IMG/VR virus record: IMGVR_UViG_3300047322_001237
Coordinates: 62,001 to 126,000 of that record
DNA: 64,000 nucleotides
Strand: one strand, 5' to 3'
Shown here: positions 9,510 to 19,948 of the stretch, piece by piece
Layout of the letters: each line of letters begins with the position of its first letter
How positions within the stretch are numbered: position 1 is the first letter of the stretch
Position numbers and translations under genes: made by a program
The notes under the pieces: generated by a model
What the model saw: the letters and a program-made list of their open reading frames with translations, nothing else
The model's database searches: none
Told to the model about the DNA's origin: nothing

Positions 9510-11483
9510 TTACTTGACGAGGCGAAGCACGAACATGTCCTCGCCGATGAAGCCGACGTCGACTTCAAGCACCTTTCCATCGAGCGTCTGGATCAGCTGA
9601 CGATCGACAGTCGTGGTGAACGAACCGGTCTCTTCGGTGATGTCCTTCACGAGCTGATGCAGCACCGGCGAGACCGACTTCATGATCACGGCAGTTTCGC
9701 CCGCAGCAAACTCGATGGAGAGTTCGTGAGAGAGACAGTTCAGGTAAGTGAAGCTCACGTTCGAGACCAGGAAGGCCAGCTTTGGCTCCTTGCCGTCGAT
9801 CTTCACATCACCGATGAGCTCTTCGGTCAGCGGCTCTTGCACCTCTGCCGGCAGTTCTTCGAACGTGGCCGCAATCAGACGACGCTGGTTACGGACAAAT
9901 GCCTTCAGGATCACATCGCCGAAGCTGTCGCGCAGCACCGTAATCAGTTCGTCGATGTCATGCACGAACGAGTCGATCGAAACGCCCGAGAGTGCGAGGT
10001 TCAGGGAGAGCACACGGTTGACCATCTCGGTCGCGCGCGCATTCGCCTTGTACCAGAGCGCCTGCGATGCTTCGCCATAGGCGTCGTCGAGCAGCTCCTT
10101 CAGGTGGATAAAGGTACCAGCATCGCGGAACTCCTCGATGAAGTGCGTTTCATCTTCGAGGCTGATCGTCGCGTCGACGACCTGACCGTACTGACGGAAG
10201 ATGTCGGGACGCTTGCCGTCTTCTGTCGACTTCGCCCATTCGATCGCGCCCTTCAGCCAGCACGACTCGATCGACGTGTCCGCATACCACGCAGCACGCA
10301 CGCGCGTGGAGAACTTCGGCTCCGTTTCCTCGCGACGCGCTTCCTTCTCCTCGGCGATTTCCGCCAAGCCTTGGCTCAGGTTCTGCATCACCTGATCCGT
10401 GTTGGCCAGGTCCAGCGCCGGCGGAATCGGACCGAAGACGCTGCGGGTTTTGTGACGATCGTAGTCCATGATGTTCTCACGTTGTTTGATCACCGCGTTG
10501 ACCGTCCCGTTGGCGAGCTGCTGATAGAACAGCTGGTGCGTGACCGGGTTGTAGGCGGGGTGATACGGTTGATGATCCGAACGCGTCCACTTGAGGCTGG
10601 AGGTATCTGCGTCCTCGAGCGGGCCGTCCGTGTTTTGTTGTTTTGACATCGTGGTGGTCTCCTGCGCGACCGTAGTGACCGGAGCCTGATACGGTTGTGC
10701 GGGCTGTGTTACGGGAGTCGCCATGTCGGGCATGTTCTGATACCGATCGCCCATGCTGCGACCTTGCGCGCTCACCGGCTGCTGCGCGTTCATGCCGCCG
10801 TTGTTGAAGATGCTGCCACCCTGAGGCGCCATCGACATGCCTTGCGGACCGTAGGGCTGATGTCCGCCACCGTTACCGAAGCGCGGATCGCCGCCGGGAT
10901 GCTGCTGCACGTATCCCTGCTGCGGCTGCATGTATCCGCCGCCGAACGACTGCTGCTGTTGCTGCTGGCCCGGAGGCACCTGCAGATAGCCGAACTGGTT
11001 GCGGAACTGCGAGATCTTGTACGAGATCGCGTCGAAGCTACGGATGTGGTTCTCGAATCCGGCCTGCAAGTGCGGCTGGATGTAATTGCGCAGGGCAGGG
11101 TAGACCTTGATCATCGTGGCCACCATCAGTTCGATGATCTGCGACACCGACGTTTCGATGACCTGTTCGGGACGCATCTGCGGCCGCTCGGCGAGCGTCA
11201 GCACCACGAAATCCAGAATGCCCTTCACGAGCGAACTGAACTCGTCGTTCGCGAAGTTGTTGTTCGAGAACAGATTGAAGAAGAACCGACGCAGGGGATT
11301 GGATTCCGCCAGGCTCTGAATCTCGCTGGCGGCCATTCCTGCCACCAGCGGCACGTAGCCGGTCAGCCACGGCTCGATCTGGATCTGCGGCACGAACGGC
11401 GGGTTCTGTACCGAGATCTGGATAAACGGGCGCTGAATCATGTCCGCGCTCACCGGCAGGTGCATTTGGTGGTTGGAGTACAT
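9510..11483 (-). CDS. conserved phiKZ-like protein with central Q/G/P-rich low-complexity linker
   Basis: 657 aa, directly downstream of the nvRNAP subunit gene as in phiKZ-like gene order. Confidence 0.75.
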   Translation of the reverse strand: MYSNHQMHLPVSADMIQRPFIQISVQNPPFVPQIQIEPWLTGYVPLVAGMAASEIQSLAESNPLRRFFFNLFSNNNFANDEFSSLVKGILDFVVLTLAERPQMRPEQVIETSVSQIIELMVATMIKVYPALRNYIQPHLQAGFENHIRSFDAISYKISQFRNQFGYLQVPPGQQQQQQSFGGGYMQPQQGYVQQHPGGDPRFGNGGGHQPYGPQGMSMAPQGGSIFNNGGMNAQQPVSAQGRSMGDRYQNMPDMATPVTQPAQPYQAPVTTVAQETTTMSKQQNTDGPLEDADTSSLKWTRSDHQPYHPAYNPVTHQLFYQQLANGTVNAVIKQRENIMDYDRHKTRSVFGPIPPALDLANTDQVMQNLSQGLAEIAEEKEARREETEPKFSTRVRAAWYADTSIESCWLKGAIEWAKSTEDGKRPDIFRQYGQVVDATISLEDETHFIEEFRDAGTFIHLKELLDDAYGEASQALWYKANARATEMVNRVLSLNLALSGVSIDSFVHDIDELITVLRDSFGDVILKAFVRNQRRLIAATFEELPAEVQEPLTEELIGDVKIDGKEPKLAFLVSNVSFTYLNCLSHELSIEFAAGETAVIMKSVSPVLHQLVKDITEETGSFTTTVDRQLIQTLDGKVLEVDVGFIGEDMFVLRLVK

Positions 11484-11531
11484 CGCTTAATCCTTGTTTA
11501 ATTTGAAGTTGTTCTGTTGCTGCTTGATTCG

Positions 11532-13175
11532 TTACCGACGACGACGGATCTCTTCCTGGATGCGGTCGAGCCTCGGGGCAAGGCGCGGATTCCGCAGGAC
11601 GAGACCAGACGGGTCGATCTGCACCCACGGCGAAATACGGGAATCGCCGGTCGGTGCTGCTTTCGGGAGGTTGCTGTAGCCGCCGACTTCGGCGAAGGAG
11701 ACGTGGAGGAAGCGCGTCGGGTCGTCGAGGTTCGCGCGATCCTTGCGGCCGCCCTGACGAGAGCTGCTCGACTGCGGAATCATCCAGCCCGTGATCTTGA
11801 GCGCCTTGTTGTCGCCCGAGCTCGCGATGTTGGCCACTTCCGCGTGCTGCTTCGTGATCCGGTAGATCAGACCTGTACTGATGGTCTTGTTCATCCGGTC
11901 CTCGATGTCCTTCTTCGTCAGTTCCTTCTTCGACGCAGCTTTCAGCTTGAAATACAGCTTGAAGATTTCCGTCGTGATGTCCTTCAGCACGAAGTAGAGG
12001 ATCGACAGCTCCTTGTCGTAGAGACTGTTGACCTTGTCCGACGCCTTGAAGAGCCAGTCGCTGATCTTCTCGATGACGATCGCGAAGAACTGGTAGAGGT
12101 CCGTGGCCCCGATCCCGATCTCCTTGAACTTCATCAGCACGATGCTATCGATGTATTCATCCAGCGAGCGGATGTGATCTTCGACGTCATCGGCCAAGCG
12201 TCCTTCAGGCAGGCTGCCGGAGAACAGCACGTGACCCATCAAAATGATCCAGGTCCGCGTGTTGTCCATGTACTTCGGATCGGTGTTGTTCACGTACTCG
12301 GGCTTCACACGGGACGGGAAGTGATCGACGACATAGAACAATCCGCCGATCATGTTCCGCACCATCGTGCGCTCGTAGTCTTCGCGGCGCACCGCAATGC
12401 GCAGGTTCGACGGTTCGTAGAGGCCACGACCGAAGCCCTTGGGTTTGATCTGCGTGCTGCTGCAAACGACCCACTGATCCGCTGGGTAGGTGTGCTCGTT
12501 GATTTCGAGTCCACCGACGACAGGGGTGCAGCCGCCGAACATCTCGAACGTCTTCATGAGGCCATACTTGCAGAACAAGTAGTGCATCATCGTCGAGTGA
12601 GCCTTCACCGTCGGCCGGATCTTCTTCATCTTCGCCGACTTGTGATAGATCATCGCCCATGCAACGTTTGCCTGCTCACGCTGACCGTTCGCATTGAAGT
12701 TCTGCGGTACGCGCTCAAACGTCAGGACGTCGCGCAGCAGACGCACGAACACCGTGTTCGTCCCAACGCTGATGACGCGGTCAGAGAGAACCGGCACGAT
12801 GTTGAAGCGCGAACCGCTCACGAAGATCGAGCCAGCCTCACCAACGAACGGCAGGTACATGTAGCGGTCGATCTTCTCGCCGCGATACGTGAACATGTAT
12901 TTCATCATGTACAAGTCGGACCGGGCGACGTCATACATGCGCTTGTTGTTGCCCTTCTTGCGGGAGGCCTCGTTCAGCTCCTCCTGCGGCGTGCAGCGCT
13001 TGCAGCCTTCGTACGTCAGACCTTCCGGGAAGCCCTTAGCTGCGGATCGAAACACCGAATCGATGTACTTGACGACGTGAATCTCCTGCATGTGCTCCAC
13101 TGCCAATCCGTTCGCAATGGACGGATTGATTTTGGGCATGTGATTGTCCATCAATCGTTCGATTTCGGGATCCAT
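11532..13175 (-). CDS. non-virion RNA polymerase beta subunit, N-terminal part (phiKZ gp123-like)
   Basis: 547 aa; MPKINP...G, YLPFV..AG..FVSGSRF..VPVLSDRVIS, AEVGG..NLPK..P motifs; next to MCP/DnaB; early promoter upstream. Confidence 0.8.
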   Translation of the reverse strand: MDPEIERLMDNHMPKINPSIANGLAVEHMQEIHVVKYIDSVFRSAAKGFPEGLTYEGCKRCTPQEELNEASRKKGNNKRMYDVARSDLYMMKYMFTYRGEKIDRYMYLPFVGEAGSIFVSGSRFNIVPVLSDRVISVGTNTVFVRLLRDVLTFERVPQNFNANGQREQANVAWAMIYHKSAKMKKIRPTVKAHSTMMHYLFCKYGLMKTFEMFGGCTPVVGGLEINEHTYPADQWVVCSSTQIKPKGFGRGLYEPSNLRIAVRREDYERTMVRNMIGGLFYVVDHFPSRVKPEYVNNTDPKYMDNTRTWIILMGHVLFSGSLPEGRLADDVEDHIRSLDEYIDSIVLMKFKEIGIGATDLYQFFAIVIEKISDWLFKASDKVNSLYDKELSILYFVLKDITTEIFKLYFKLKAASKKELTKKDIEDRMNKTISTGLIYRITKQHAEVANIASSGDNKALKITGWMIPQSSSSRQGGRKDRANLDDPTRFLHVSFAEVGGYSNLPKAAPTGDSRISPWVQIDPSGLVLRNPRLAPRLDRIQEEIRRRR

Positions 13176-13193
13176 ATTCCTTGTTCCTTTTAA

Positions 13194-14375
13194 TCACGCT
13201 TTTGCTTGTTTATTTGCATTGATGGTCGCGGTTTTATACGCAAGCCATGCAACGCCTAATGCACCCAGAATGGCCGGCAATTGCTTGAGCCATTCAGAAG
13301 TTTCTTTCCTTCTCTCCTGACTCATTTTGTTATCCAGCATTTGCCGTTCGTAAAAAGCTTTCAAGCGCTCCAATTCCATCTTGGCCCGATACGCTTCATC
13401 GGCGTACGCGGCCTGCTGGCGTTCGACTTCACGCTGGAGCGCGGTCTTTTCAAGTTCCCATTCGTGCTGTGCTTTCTGGTGGGCGAGTTTCTGCTCGTTG
13501 AGTTCGTTGCGGGCGCGGATCAACCGCTCCTCTTGCGCGAGAAGCTCATGCTTACGCTTTGTTTCCCCATCACCACAATGTTCAGCTTCTGCGTAAGTTT
13601 TGTACAAATCGAGCAGCTCGTCGGCCTCTTGCAGCGTGTAACGCCGCCAGCCGACGGTGGAAGGTAGACGTGTGTTTTCGAACGGCTTGTTGCGAATTAC
13701 CCATACGCCCTCTTCACGCGATGGATCGTGCGTGCCTTGGATGCGGTAGATATTGCCATTTCGATTGATAAACCGGTCGCCAAACTGGCCAGTATTATCC
13801 ACGATCTTGATCGTTTCAGAGAATGCCTCCTCTTCATTACGTGTTGCATTTTCGTTTAATAGGGCCAGTGCGCGTCCAATTTCGGAGAAGGGATGTGGAC
13901 CTGATTCCATCCCGCGATAAAGCGAGATGACAACATCATGGTCGTGGTCGTATATCTCACCCCGATACCGTTCCAGATCGTCTAACGACACCGCACGCTC
14001 AGTTCTGAAGAGCAAATACTGTTCGTAAGCTGTCGGTTGATGCCGTGCGGCGATATCCCGCAGCTCTCTGATCAGTTTCGAGTCGTTCTCCCGAACGATC
14101 TTGATCCATGCGAAGAACTCACGATGCATGTCCTTATGGACCCGCCACTCCGTCTCGATGACGAAGCTCGCACGCTGCACATCGGGGATCGCGGGGAACT
14201 CCCACTGCATCCCGTTTCGCTCGAGCACGGTAACCGGTCTGGAAAGGAAGTTGTAATATCTGACCTTCCTCTCGAATAGCTCGTCCTTCCGATTGGCGCT
14301 TAAATGACCCAGGCCGACCTGACATAGTTCGACCTTCCCAAACAACGTGTCGGGAATGAAATGGTCAAGTGACAT
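13194..14375 (-). CDS. conserved phiKZ-like protein with C-terminal coiled coil and membrane anchor
   Basis: 393 aa; Glu/Lys/Gln heptad region, then LPAILGALGVAWLAY. Confidence 0.7.
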   Translation of the reverse strand: MSLDHFIPDTLFGKVELCQVGLGHLSANRKDELFERKVRYYNFLSRPVTVLERNGMQWEFPAIPDVQRASFVIETEWRVHKDMHREFFAWIKIVRENDSKLIRELRDIAARHQPTAYEQYLLFRTERAVSLDDLERYRGEIYDHDHDVVISLYRGMESGPHPFSEIGRALALLNENATRNEEEAFSETIKIVDNTGQFGDRFINRNGNIYRIQGTHDPSREEGVWVIRNKPFENTRLPSTVGWRRYTLQEADELLDLYKTYAEAEHCGDGETKRKHELLAQEERLIRARNELNEQKLAHQKAQHEWELEKTALQREVERQQAAYADEAYRAKMELERLKAFYERQMLDNKMSQERRKETSEWLKQLPAILGALGVAWLAYKTATINANKQAKA

Positions 14376-14496
14376 AGAGAAATCCCATTACTTTAATTCT
14401 GGCGACTCTTAATCGCTGTGGTGCGCGCTGCTAATGCCTATTTCCTCCACCTGAATGCGGTTGAAACGAAAACTCCGTTATTCCTTCATCGGGTAG

Positions 14497-14520
14497 GTAA
14501 TATGTAACCGAGATTTAATA
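14497..14520 (-). promoter_or_regulatory. phiKZ-type early (virion RNAP) promoter
   Basis: minus strand TAAATCTCGGTTACATATTAC resembles the phiKZ early consensus TATATTAC; upstream of the nvRNAP operon. Confidence 0.65.
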
Positions 14521-14586
14521 GAGCGTCATAAGCCAGCGGCGTGGACCGCTAGCGGACGAGCGCCCGGGGGAGAGGTGTGTAGGGAA

Positions 14587-15123
14587 CTAGAAGCAGTCGT
14601 CTTTCATGACGTCTGGCAAATCTGGATCAGCGTGACAGTCGCTCTCTTTCGGCGCGGGCTTCGGTTGCGGCTTCGGTTGCGGTCTCGGAGGGGGATTCTT
14701 GTTTGCCAGACGGCTGAGGCATGTGTACTCACCCTTGTCGATCCGCGGGAAGCATACCTTCACCTCCCCGGTCCATTTGTCGACTTTCACAAGGTGCTCG
14801 TAGTTGACCTGGTTAGAACCGGGAATCAGGCCGCGGAGGTTCTCATTGCCGTCTTCCCCCTCCACCATGCTCGCAGGTATCTTGCTGTCGTAACAGTACG
14901 AGCTAGGTTCGCTCCAGCGGTCATTCGCATTGTGATAGATAAAAATGCACTCAACTAGGACGTGTCGCGGTCGATCAAGAACCATCACCCGAACAGTAGG
15001 ACTGTTTGGGAAGGACCAGACGCTCTTATGATCTAAAAGCTCAAAAAAAGGCGTTGAATGCGCTTGCGGTGCTGCGAAGACTGAGACACATAGCGCGAAC
15101 GTCCACCCCATTCTTCTGACCAT
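14587..15123 (-). CDS. exported protein with Pro-rich C-terminus
   Basis: signal-peptide-like N-terminus (FALCVSVFAAPQAHS); PPPRPQPKPQPKPAPK tail. Confidence 0.6.
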   Translation of the reverse strand: MVRRMGWTFALCVSVFAAPQAHSTPFFELLDHKSVWSFPNSPTVRVMVLDRPRHVLVECIFIYHNANDRWSEPSSYCYDSKIPASMVEGEDGNENLRGLIPGSNQVNYEHLVKVDKWTGEVKVCFPRIDKGEYTCLSRLANKNPPPRPQPKPQPKPAPKESDCHADPDLPDVMKDDCF

Positions 15124-15202
15124 GTCGTTCCCCCGGCCCTTAAGCGCAGCTTACAGAAGAATAGGCGATAGTTTGCCGTTTGCAATCTTGCTCAGGCGAA
15201 GA

Positions 15203-15250
15203 GGCGGCATAAATGGTCCTCCCAGGTCCCGAAGAACCCAGGAGGACCAC
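15203..15250 (-). terminator. capsid-operon hairpin followed by TTTATGCCGCC
   Basis: tggtcctcc(c)aggtccc/gggttct..ggaggacca long stem downstream of the MCP gene. Confidence 0.7.
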
Positions 15251-15332
15251 CAGCCCCAGTGACTTTTTTGCTGCTCCGGGTGGTGACCCTAGTGAAACGA
15301 GTCACCTACGTCACTCACCCGCCAAGCCGTCC

Positions 15333-17540
15333 TTAGACGGTATGGAAGTTGACCGGCACCTTCGAGGCCGCAGCCGCGCTGATACCCGTCACGTCGATGA
15401 CGCCCATCACCGGCAGGTTCGTGATGTGCAGGAACGACGGCTGAACCGTCAGTTCCTTCGACTGTGCGCCGTTGCGGATCATCGGCAGGACGACCGTGTA
15501 TTCCGGCTTCCATGCCATGTTGCCGAAGTGCAGCGGGTTGGGCACGCCAGCACGCTCTGCCGAGAAGTCGCCGAACGACATCACGATCTTGCCCGACATG
15601 CGCTCGTTGAGCGTCGAGACGATCTTCACGTCGAACTGACCACCCAGCGTACGCAGGTCGCCCGTCACCATCAGGTAACGCGCGATGTACGGATCCGTAC
15701 CGATGATCACGGTCGGAACCGGTGCGACGCCGCCAGCGAGTGCATCGGCCGCTGCCTTGTAGCCCGACTGGACGTACAGGGTGTAAGCCATGTCGCGCAG
15801 TGCGTTCACCAGGGTAGCCTGGATGTCCGCAGCACGCTGATGCGCCGACAGCGAGTCGAGCGAGGTGCTGATGTTCAGCGGCTTGTACATGTAAGCCGGT
15901 TGAACGACGAAACGCGACACGCCCATGATCTCCGGCGTATCTTGCGCGCTGTTCGGCGTAGCCGACGTGTTCAGTGCGCTGGTCGTTTCTGCGAGCAGGT
16001 CTTGCACGCGGAGCAGTTCGTCGACAGCTGCGTTCGACGTACGGATGCGCGTCGTGGTGATGAGCGCAGCCAGATCCGACGAATCGTTCGAGTCGCCGTT
16101 TTGCATCGGGCGCGGAATGGTGATCGGAGCCAGCAGGGGCACCGTGTACACCTGGTTGTAGAAGTTCGTGTTCAACAGCTGGCCGCGCTGACGGCGGTTG
16201 CTGTTGGTACGACGCGCGTCGAGATCGTAGCCGATGACCTTGGCGTTCGCGAACAACGCAGCCAGGGTTGCGCCCGTGCCGGTCGAGATGTCCAGCGTGG
16301 CATCGCTGTTGTTCTTGATCGAAGCGATCGAGACGCTCGATGCGTTCAGTTCCGTGTTGCCCAGTTCGAGGTTGATCGAACCGAACACCGAGAAGCCGAT
16401 GCGCGCTTCGTAGCCGCCCGAGATGACCGGAGCCAGGATCGTCGATGCCGAGCCGTCAGCCAGAACCGTGTTCGGACCGACCAGGAGGGTCTGGGTCTCG
16501 TACTGGAGGTTCATCTGACGGTACGTGTTCTGCACCGCGAAGTTGAACGTCGCCAGCGGCAGTTGACGCGTGTTGAACTTCACGACTTCGGTCGTCGGCG
16601 TTGCGCCGCCCGTCGTGAATTCGACGTACACCGCGTCGAGCGCGAGCTGCGTGTCGATTGCGTCGGTGACGTCGAGCAGGCCCGTGTCGAGCAGCGCTTC
16701 GGTCTGCGAGATGCCGAGCAGCGAGAACTTCTTGCCGATTGCCAGCGGCGCGGTCGTCACAGCAGTGTCGTCCGAGAGCATCACGCTGTACGGAGCAACT
16801 GCAGCCGACGGCACGAAGTAGCCGGTGGATTCGTCGTTCACGACCGGGACGATCTTCGTCTGGTCGTTGCGCAGGATCGTCGGATCGATGACGGCCTGCA
16901 CGATGTTCTTACGGCCGAAGTTGGCCGTCGGTGCGCCCGAGATGGGACGCTTCGTTTCGTTGTACACCTCGATCAGGCGGATCGACACGGTGTAGCCAAC
17001 CTGGTCCGGCGTCACGACGACGGTCGGATAGAACGCTTCGCCGAACTCGTCTTGGCGAGCGGCTTGCATGTTGTACGCGACGGAGTAGACCACCGCGTTC
17101 TTGTTTTCCTTCTCGTCGTACGCTTCCAGCGCCGGCTTGATGCGCTCGAGCATCTTGTCTTCGCCTTGCGGGACGATGAACTTCATGCTTTCCGTCGAGA
17201 CGCGGTCGTGCTTGATGCTCTGGCGCAGGCCGCCTTCGATGTCGCCCGACATCGTGGCTGCTGCGAGCGCTGCGTCGCGCTGAGCTTGCGTGAGGTCACG
17301 CAGGCCGTGTTCTTGCACGATGTGTTCGAGCGCGGCGTTCAACGATTGCACCGAGCTGTTCAGCTCGTTTTGCATCGTGTCGCTGATGCCTTCCATCGCG
17401 AATGCAGCGCGCGAAACTGCTTGCGAAGCGAATGCGAGGCCGCGATCGTTTTGTTCATGGCGCAGCGATTGGACGATGGTGTCCAGTTGCGTCATCGGCT
17501 GCACGCCGCCGCGGTTCTTGTTTGCGAACAGAGTGGTCAT
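15333..17540 (-). CDS. major capsid protein (phiKZ gp120-like)
   Basis: 735 aa; AME/ALE propeptide sites, PALEAYD, QDEFGEAFYPTVVV, RQRGQLL, IIGTDPYIARYL, LHFGNMAW.PE motifs. Confidence 0.9.
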   Translation of the reverse strand: MTTLFANKNRGGVQPMTQLDTIVQSLRHEQNDRGLAFASQAVSRAAFAMEGISDTMQNELNSSVQSLNAALEHIVQEHGLRDLTQAQRDAALAAATMSGDIEGGLRQSIKHDRVSTESMKFIVPQGEDKMLERIKPALEAYDEKENKNAVVYSVAYNMQAARQDEFGEAFYPTVVVTPDQVGYTVSIRLIEVYNETKRPISGAPTANFGRKNIVQAVIDPTILRNDQTKIVPVVNDESTGYFVPSAAVAPYSVMLSDDTAVTTAPLAIGKKFSLLGISQTEALLDTGLLDVTDAIDTQLALDAVYVEFTTGGATPTTEVVKFNTRQLPLATFNFAVQNTYRQMNLQYETQTLLVGPNTVLADGSASTILAPVISGGYEARIGFSVFGSINLELGNTELNASSVSIASIKNNSDATLDISTGTGATLAALFANAKVIGYDLDARRTNSNRRQRGQLLNTNFYNQVYTVPLLAPITIPRPMQNGDSNDSSDLAALITTTRIRTSNAAVDELLRVQDLLAETTSALNTSATPNSAQDTPEIMGVSRFVVQPAYMYKPLNISTSLDSLSAHQRAADIQATLVNALRDMAYTLYVQSGYKAAADALAGGVAPVPTVIIGTDPYIARYLMVTGDLRTLGGQFDVKIVSTLNERMSGKIVMSFGDFSAERAGVPNPLHFGNMAWKPEYTVVLPMIRNGAQSKELTVQPSFLHITNLPVMGVIDVTGISAAAASKVPVNFHTV

Positions 17541-17592
17541 GAGTGATCCTAACCGTTACAGTTAAAAAAGAGACTACTGGGGCTTGTTGACC

Positions 17593-18162
17593 TCAAACCG
17601 TCAACTGCTTTGCAGACAACAGATCGAGATAACGCTTGAACAGAGGTGTGGCTGCCACCTCGTGATATGCGTTGTACGCATACAATACCTTTAGGATCTG
17701 CACGATCAGCGCGGCCTGATAACCTTCAGTGCCTGCCTCTTGCGTGAAGAAACCCGGATTAATCACGACACCCGCGACTTCGCGTGTGATGTCATAGATA
17801 TAAAAGGGCTCCGCGTGGTGCGGCATGCGCGACTCCGGCGCAAACAGCCGTGCCTGCAATTCCGCCTGGACGTTCAAGGAACGCTCCAGAGGACAAATCG
17901 TTTGCTCGAAGAACGTCTTGTTCTGACCATGAGCACTTGAAGCCCACTGCAAGAACAAACTCCAGTCGCTGCCCTCGACTCCCATGAGCTGAGCGCAGTA
18001 CTTCTGCATTCCCAAGAAGCACACCAAATCATTCGCGCTCGAAAGCGGCTTGAGCACGTCGAAATTCAAGCATTCCGACAGCGGAAGGTTTTTGCGGGCG
18101 AGCGTCTCATGCACCCAATAGGGAATGAGGATCACCTGCTTGAGTGGGCGGGCATTGGACAC
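17593..18162 (-). CDS. virion-associated protein upstream of MCP (phiKZ gp119-like position)
   Basis: 189 aa, between MCP and the divergent DnaB gene. Confidence 0.6.
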   Translation of the reverse strand: MSNARPLKQVILIPYWVHETLARKNLPLSECLNFDVLKPLSSANDLVCFLGMQKYCAQLMGVEGSDWSLFLQWASSAHGQNKTFFEQTICPLERSLNVQAELQARLFAPESRMPHHAEPFYIYDITREVAGVVINPGFFTQEAGTEGYQAALIVQILKVLYAYNAYHEVAATPLFKRYLDLLSAKQLTV

Positions 18163-18257
18163 TTTGTTTGCTCCAGCAGATAGAGGGACCAGTAAATAAA
18201 AAAGTCACCGGGTCTTTTCTATGACCCAGAAAAAGCTTTCTCACAGTATTTACAAAC

Positions 18258-19832
18258 ATGAACCACAAACTGCTGCTGGTGAAGTGCATCACTCTCATGT
18301 TCCGCGAGAGCCAGCTGCCGGGCGCCCATGAGAATTCGGGGGCACTCGTCAGGAGCATCATCAACGAGATAAAGGAACCGCAACTGGCCATCGGTCTGGA
18401 TCATGAGCGCGATATAACCGCAGCGCTGAAAAAGACCGCGTTGTCTATGTGCGAAGCACCGCTCGATCACGAATACGAGCCGGGCGAAATACTTCAACAA
18501 TTGAAGGTGGATTGCGGCGAAGACGAAAAGCTGTACGAGTCGTTCGTCGAAGGCATCGAAAGGGAATTGACGGAAGGGAAGATCAAGAAGACGGCGGTGA
18601 ATCTGCGTCGTTCATTGAACGAGTATTTCCGTGAGCAGAAGATCCAGGAAATCATTTTCCAGGCATCGAACAAGCTGCGGTTCAACCGCACGCAGGTCAC
18701 GAACATGAAGCAGTTCGTGGCTGAAGTCTGCACGGAGCTGGAACCCTATCAGGTGGACGCTACGGCTAAGGATCCCGCGATCGTGGCTGAAGTCGATCTG
18801 TCGCGCATCGATGAAGTGAAGCACATCTTCAGCGAAGTGCAGAAGACGGAGAACGGCGGCGGGATTTTGAGGACGGGCTGGCAGGGCGTGAACCGGATGT
18901 TGCGCGGCGGATTTCGTCGCGGCCAGCAAACCGTGATCGGCGCGCTGCAGCACAACTTTAAGACGGGCTTCAGTCTCGGCGCTTTCATCGGCGTGGCGCT
19001 CTTCAACGAGCCGGAAATGATCGACCCGGTGAAGAAACCGCTTCTGCTCCGTATTTCCTTCGAAGATGATCTGGAACTCAATTTCCAGTACATGTACGAA
19101 GTGCTCATGGCTTTCGACGGTCGAGAAGCAGAGATCGTCAAGAAGACCAAGGAAGACTTCGAGGCGATGTCGCCGGAAGAGCTGGACGCATACATCACGA
19201 AGATCGCCGCCTACGTGCAAGAGCGCATGCGGGTTAACGGTTACGAGATCAAGATGCTCCGGGTCAACCCGTCGGAGTGGACGTACAAGGATCTGTGCAA
19301 CAAGATTCTCGAGCTGGAAGCCGATGGCTACGAGATTCACATGTGCATGGTCGACTACCTCCCGATGATGCCGACCACGGGCTGCCTGCAAGGACCGACC
19401 GGCACCGACGTGCAGGACCTCTACCGTCGTGTTCGTAACTTCTGCTCGCCGCGCAAGATCGCCTTCGTTACACCGCACCAGCTGTCGACGGATGCCAAGC
19501 AGATGATTCGAGACGGCAAGAGCGACTTCGTGAAGGAACTGGTAGGTAAGGGCTACTACCGCGGTTGTAAACAGATTGACCAGGAAGTGGACCTGGAGAT
19601 TTTCATCCACATTGAGAAGAGTAACAATGAAAGCTTCCTCACCATCCAGCGAGGCAAGCACCGCATCATCGGTCAGACCGATCACCGCGATCTCTTCTGC
19701 GTGCTGCCGTTCTCGAAGTTCGGCATCTTGTTCGACGTCAATGGCGCCGACACAACACGCAAGAAGGTTGGGGGTGGTCCGATTGGATCAAATGACGAGA
19801 CGCCGTTCTGGGCCTTCGACGAGGCCGCCTAA
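18258..19832 (+). CDS. dnaB: replicative DnaB-like helicase (phiKZ gp118-like)
   Basis: TGWQGVNRML.GGFRRG, variant Walker A GALQHNFKTG, CMVDY, TPHQLS, IDQEVDLE, RGKHR. Confidence 0.9.
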   Translation: MNHKLLLVKCITLMFRESQLPGAHENSGALVRSIINEIKEPQLAIGLDHERDITAALKKTALSMCEAPLDHEYEPGEILQQLKVDCGEDEKLYESFVEGIERELTEGKIKKTAVNLRRSLNEYFREQKIQEIIFQASNKLRFNRTQVTNMKQFVAEVCTELEPYQVDATAKDPAIVAEVDLSRIDEVKHIFSEVQKTENGGGILRTGWQGVNRMLRGGFRRGQQTVIGALQHNFKTGFSLGAFIGVALFNEPEMIDPVKKPLLLRISFEDDLELNFQYMYEVLMAFDGREAEIVKKTKEDFEAMSPEELDAYITKIAAYVQERMRVNGYEIKMLRVNPSEWTYKDLCNKILELEADGYEIHMCMVDYLPMMPTTGCLQGPTGTDVQDLYRRVRNFCSPRKIAFVTPHQLSTDAKQMIRDGKSDFVKELVGKGYYRGCKQIDQEVDLEIFIHIEKSNNESFLTIQRGKHRIIGQTDHRDLFCVLPFSKFGILFDVNGADTTRKKVGGGPIGSNDETPFWAFDEAA

Positions 19833-19868
19833 TCTTGTGTAGTAGCAATTCTCTGTTTGTCGGGGTTG

Positions 19869-19925
19869 GCTCAAGGATCCTCTTGCGATTTCGAGGATTC
19901 TTGAGCTTTTCCCTTTTATGCAGTC
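19869..19925 (+). terminator. dnaB terminator followed by TATG late-promoter-like site
   Basis: gctcaaggatcctc...gaggattcttgagc + TTTT, then TTTTATGCAGTC about 30 nt before a head-protein gene. Confidence 0.7.
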
Positions 19926-19948
19926 TATTTATCAATCTTGGGTGGCTT

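Noticed and set aside
15213-17546. Long antisense ORFs, e.g. 15213..17546(+), 11517..13193(+), 24305..26185(-), 22210..23631(-), 5575..6843(-)
   Set aside because: Mirror frames of real high-GC genes; Arg/Val/Leu-biased, with no motifs.
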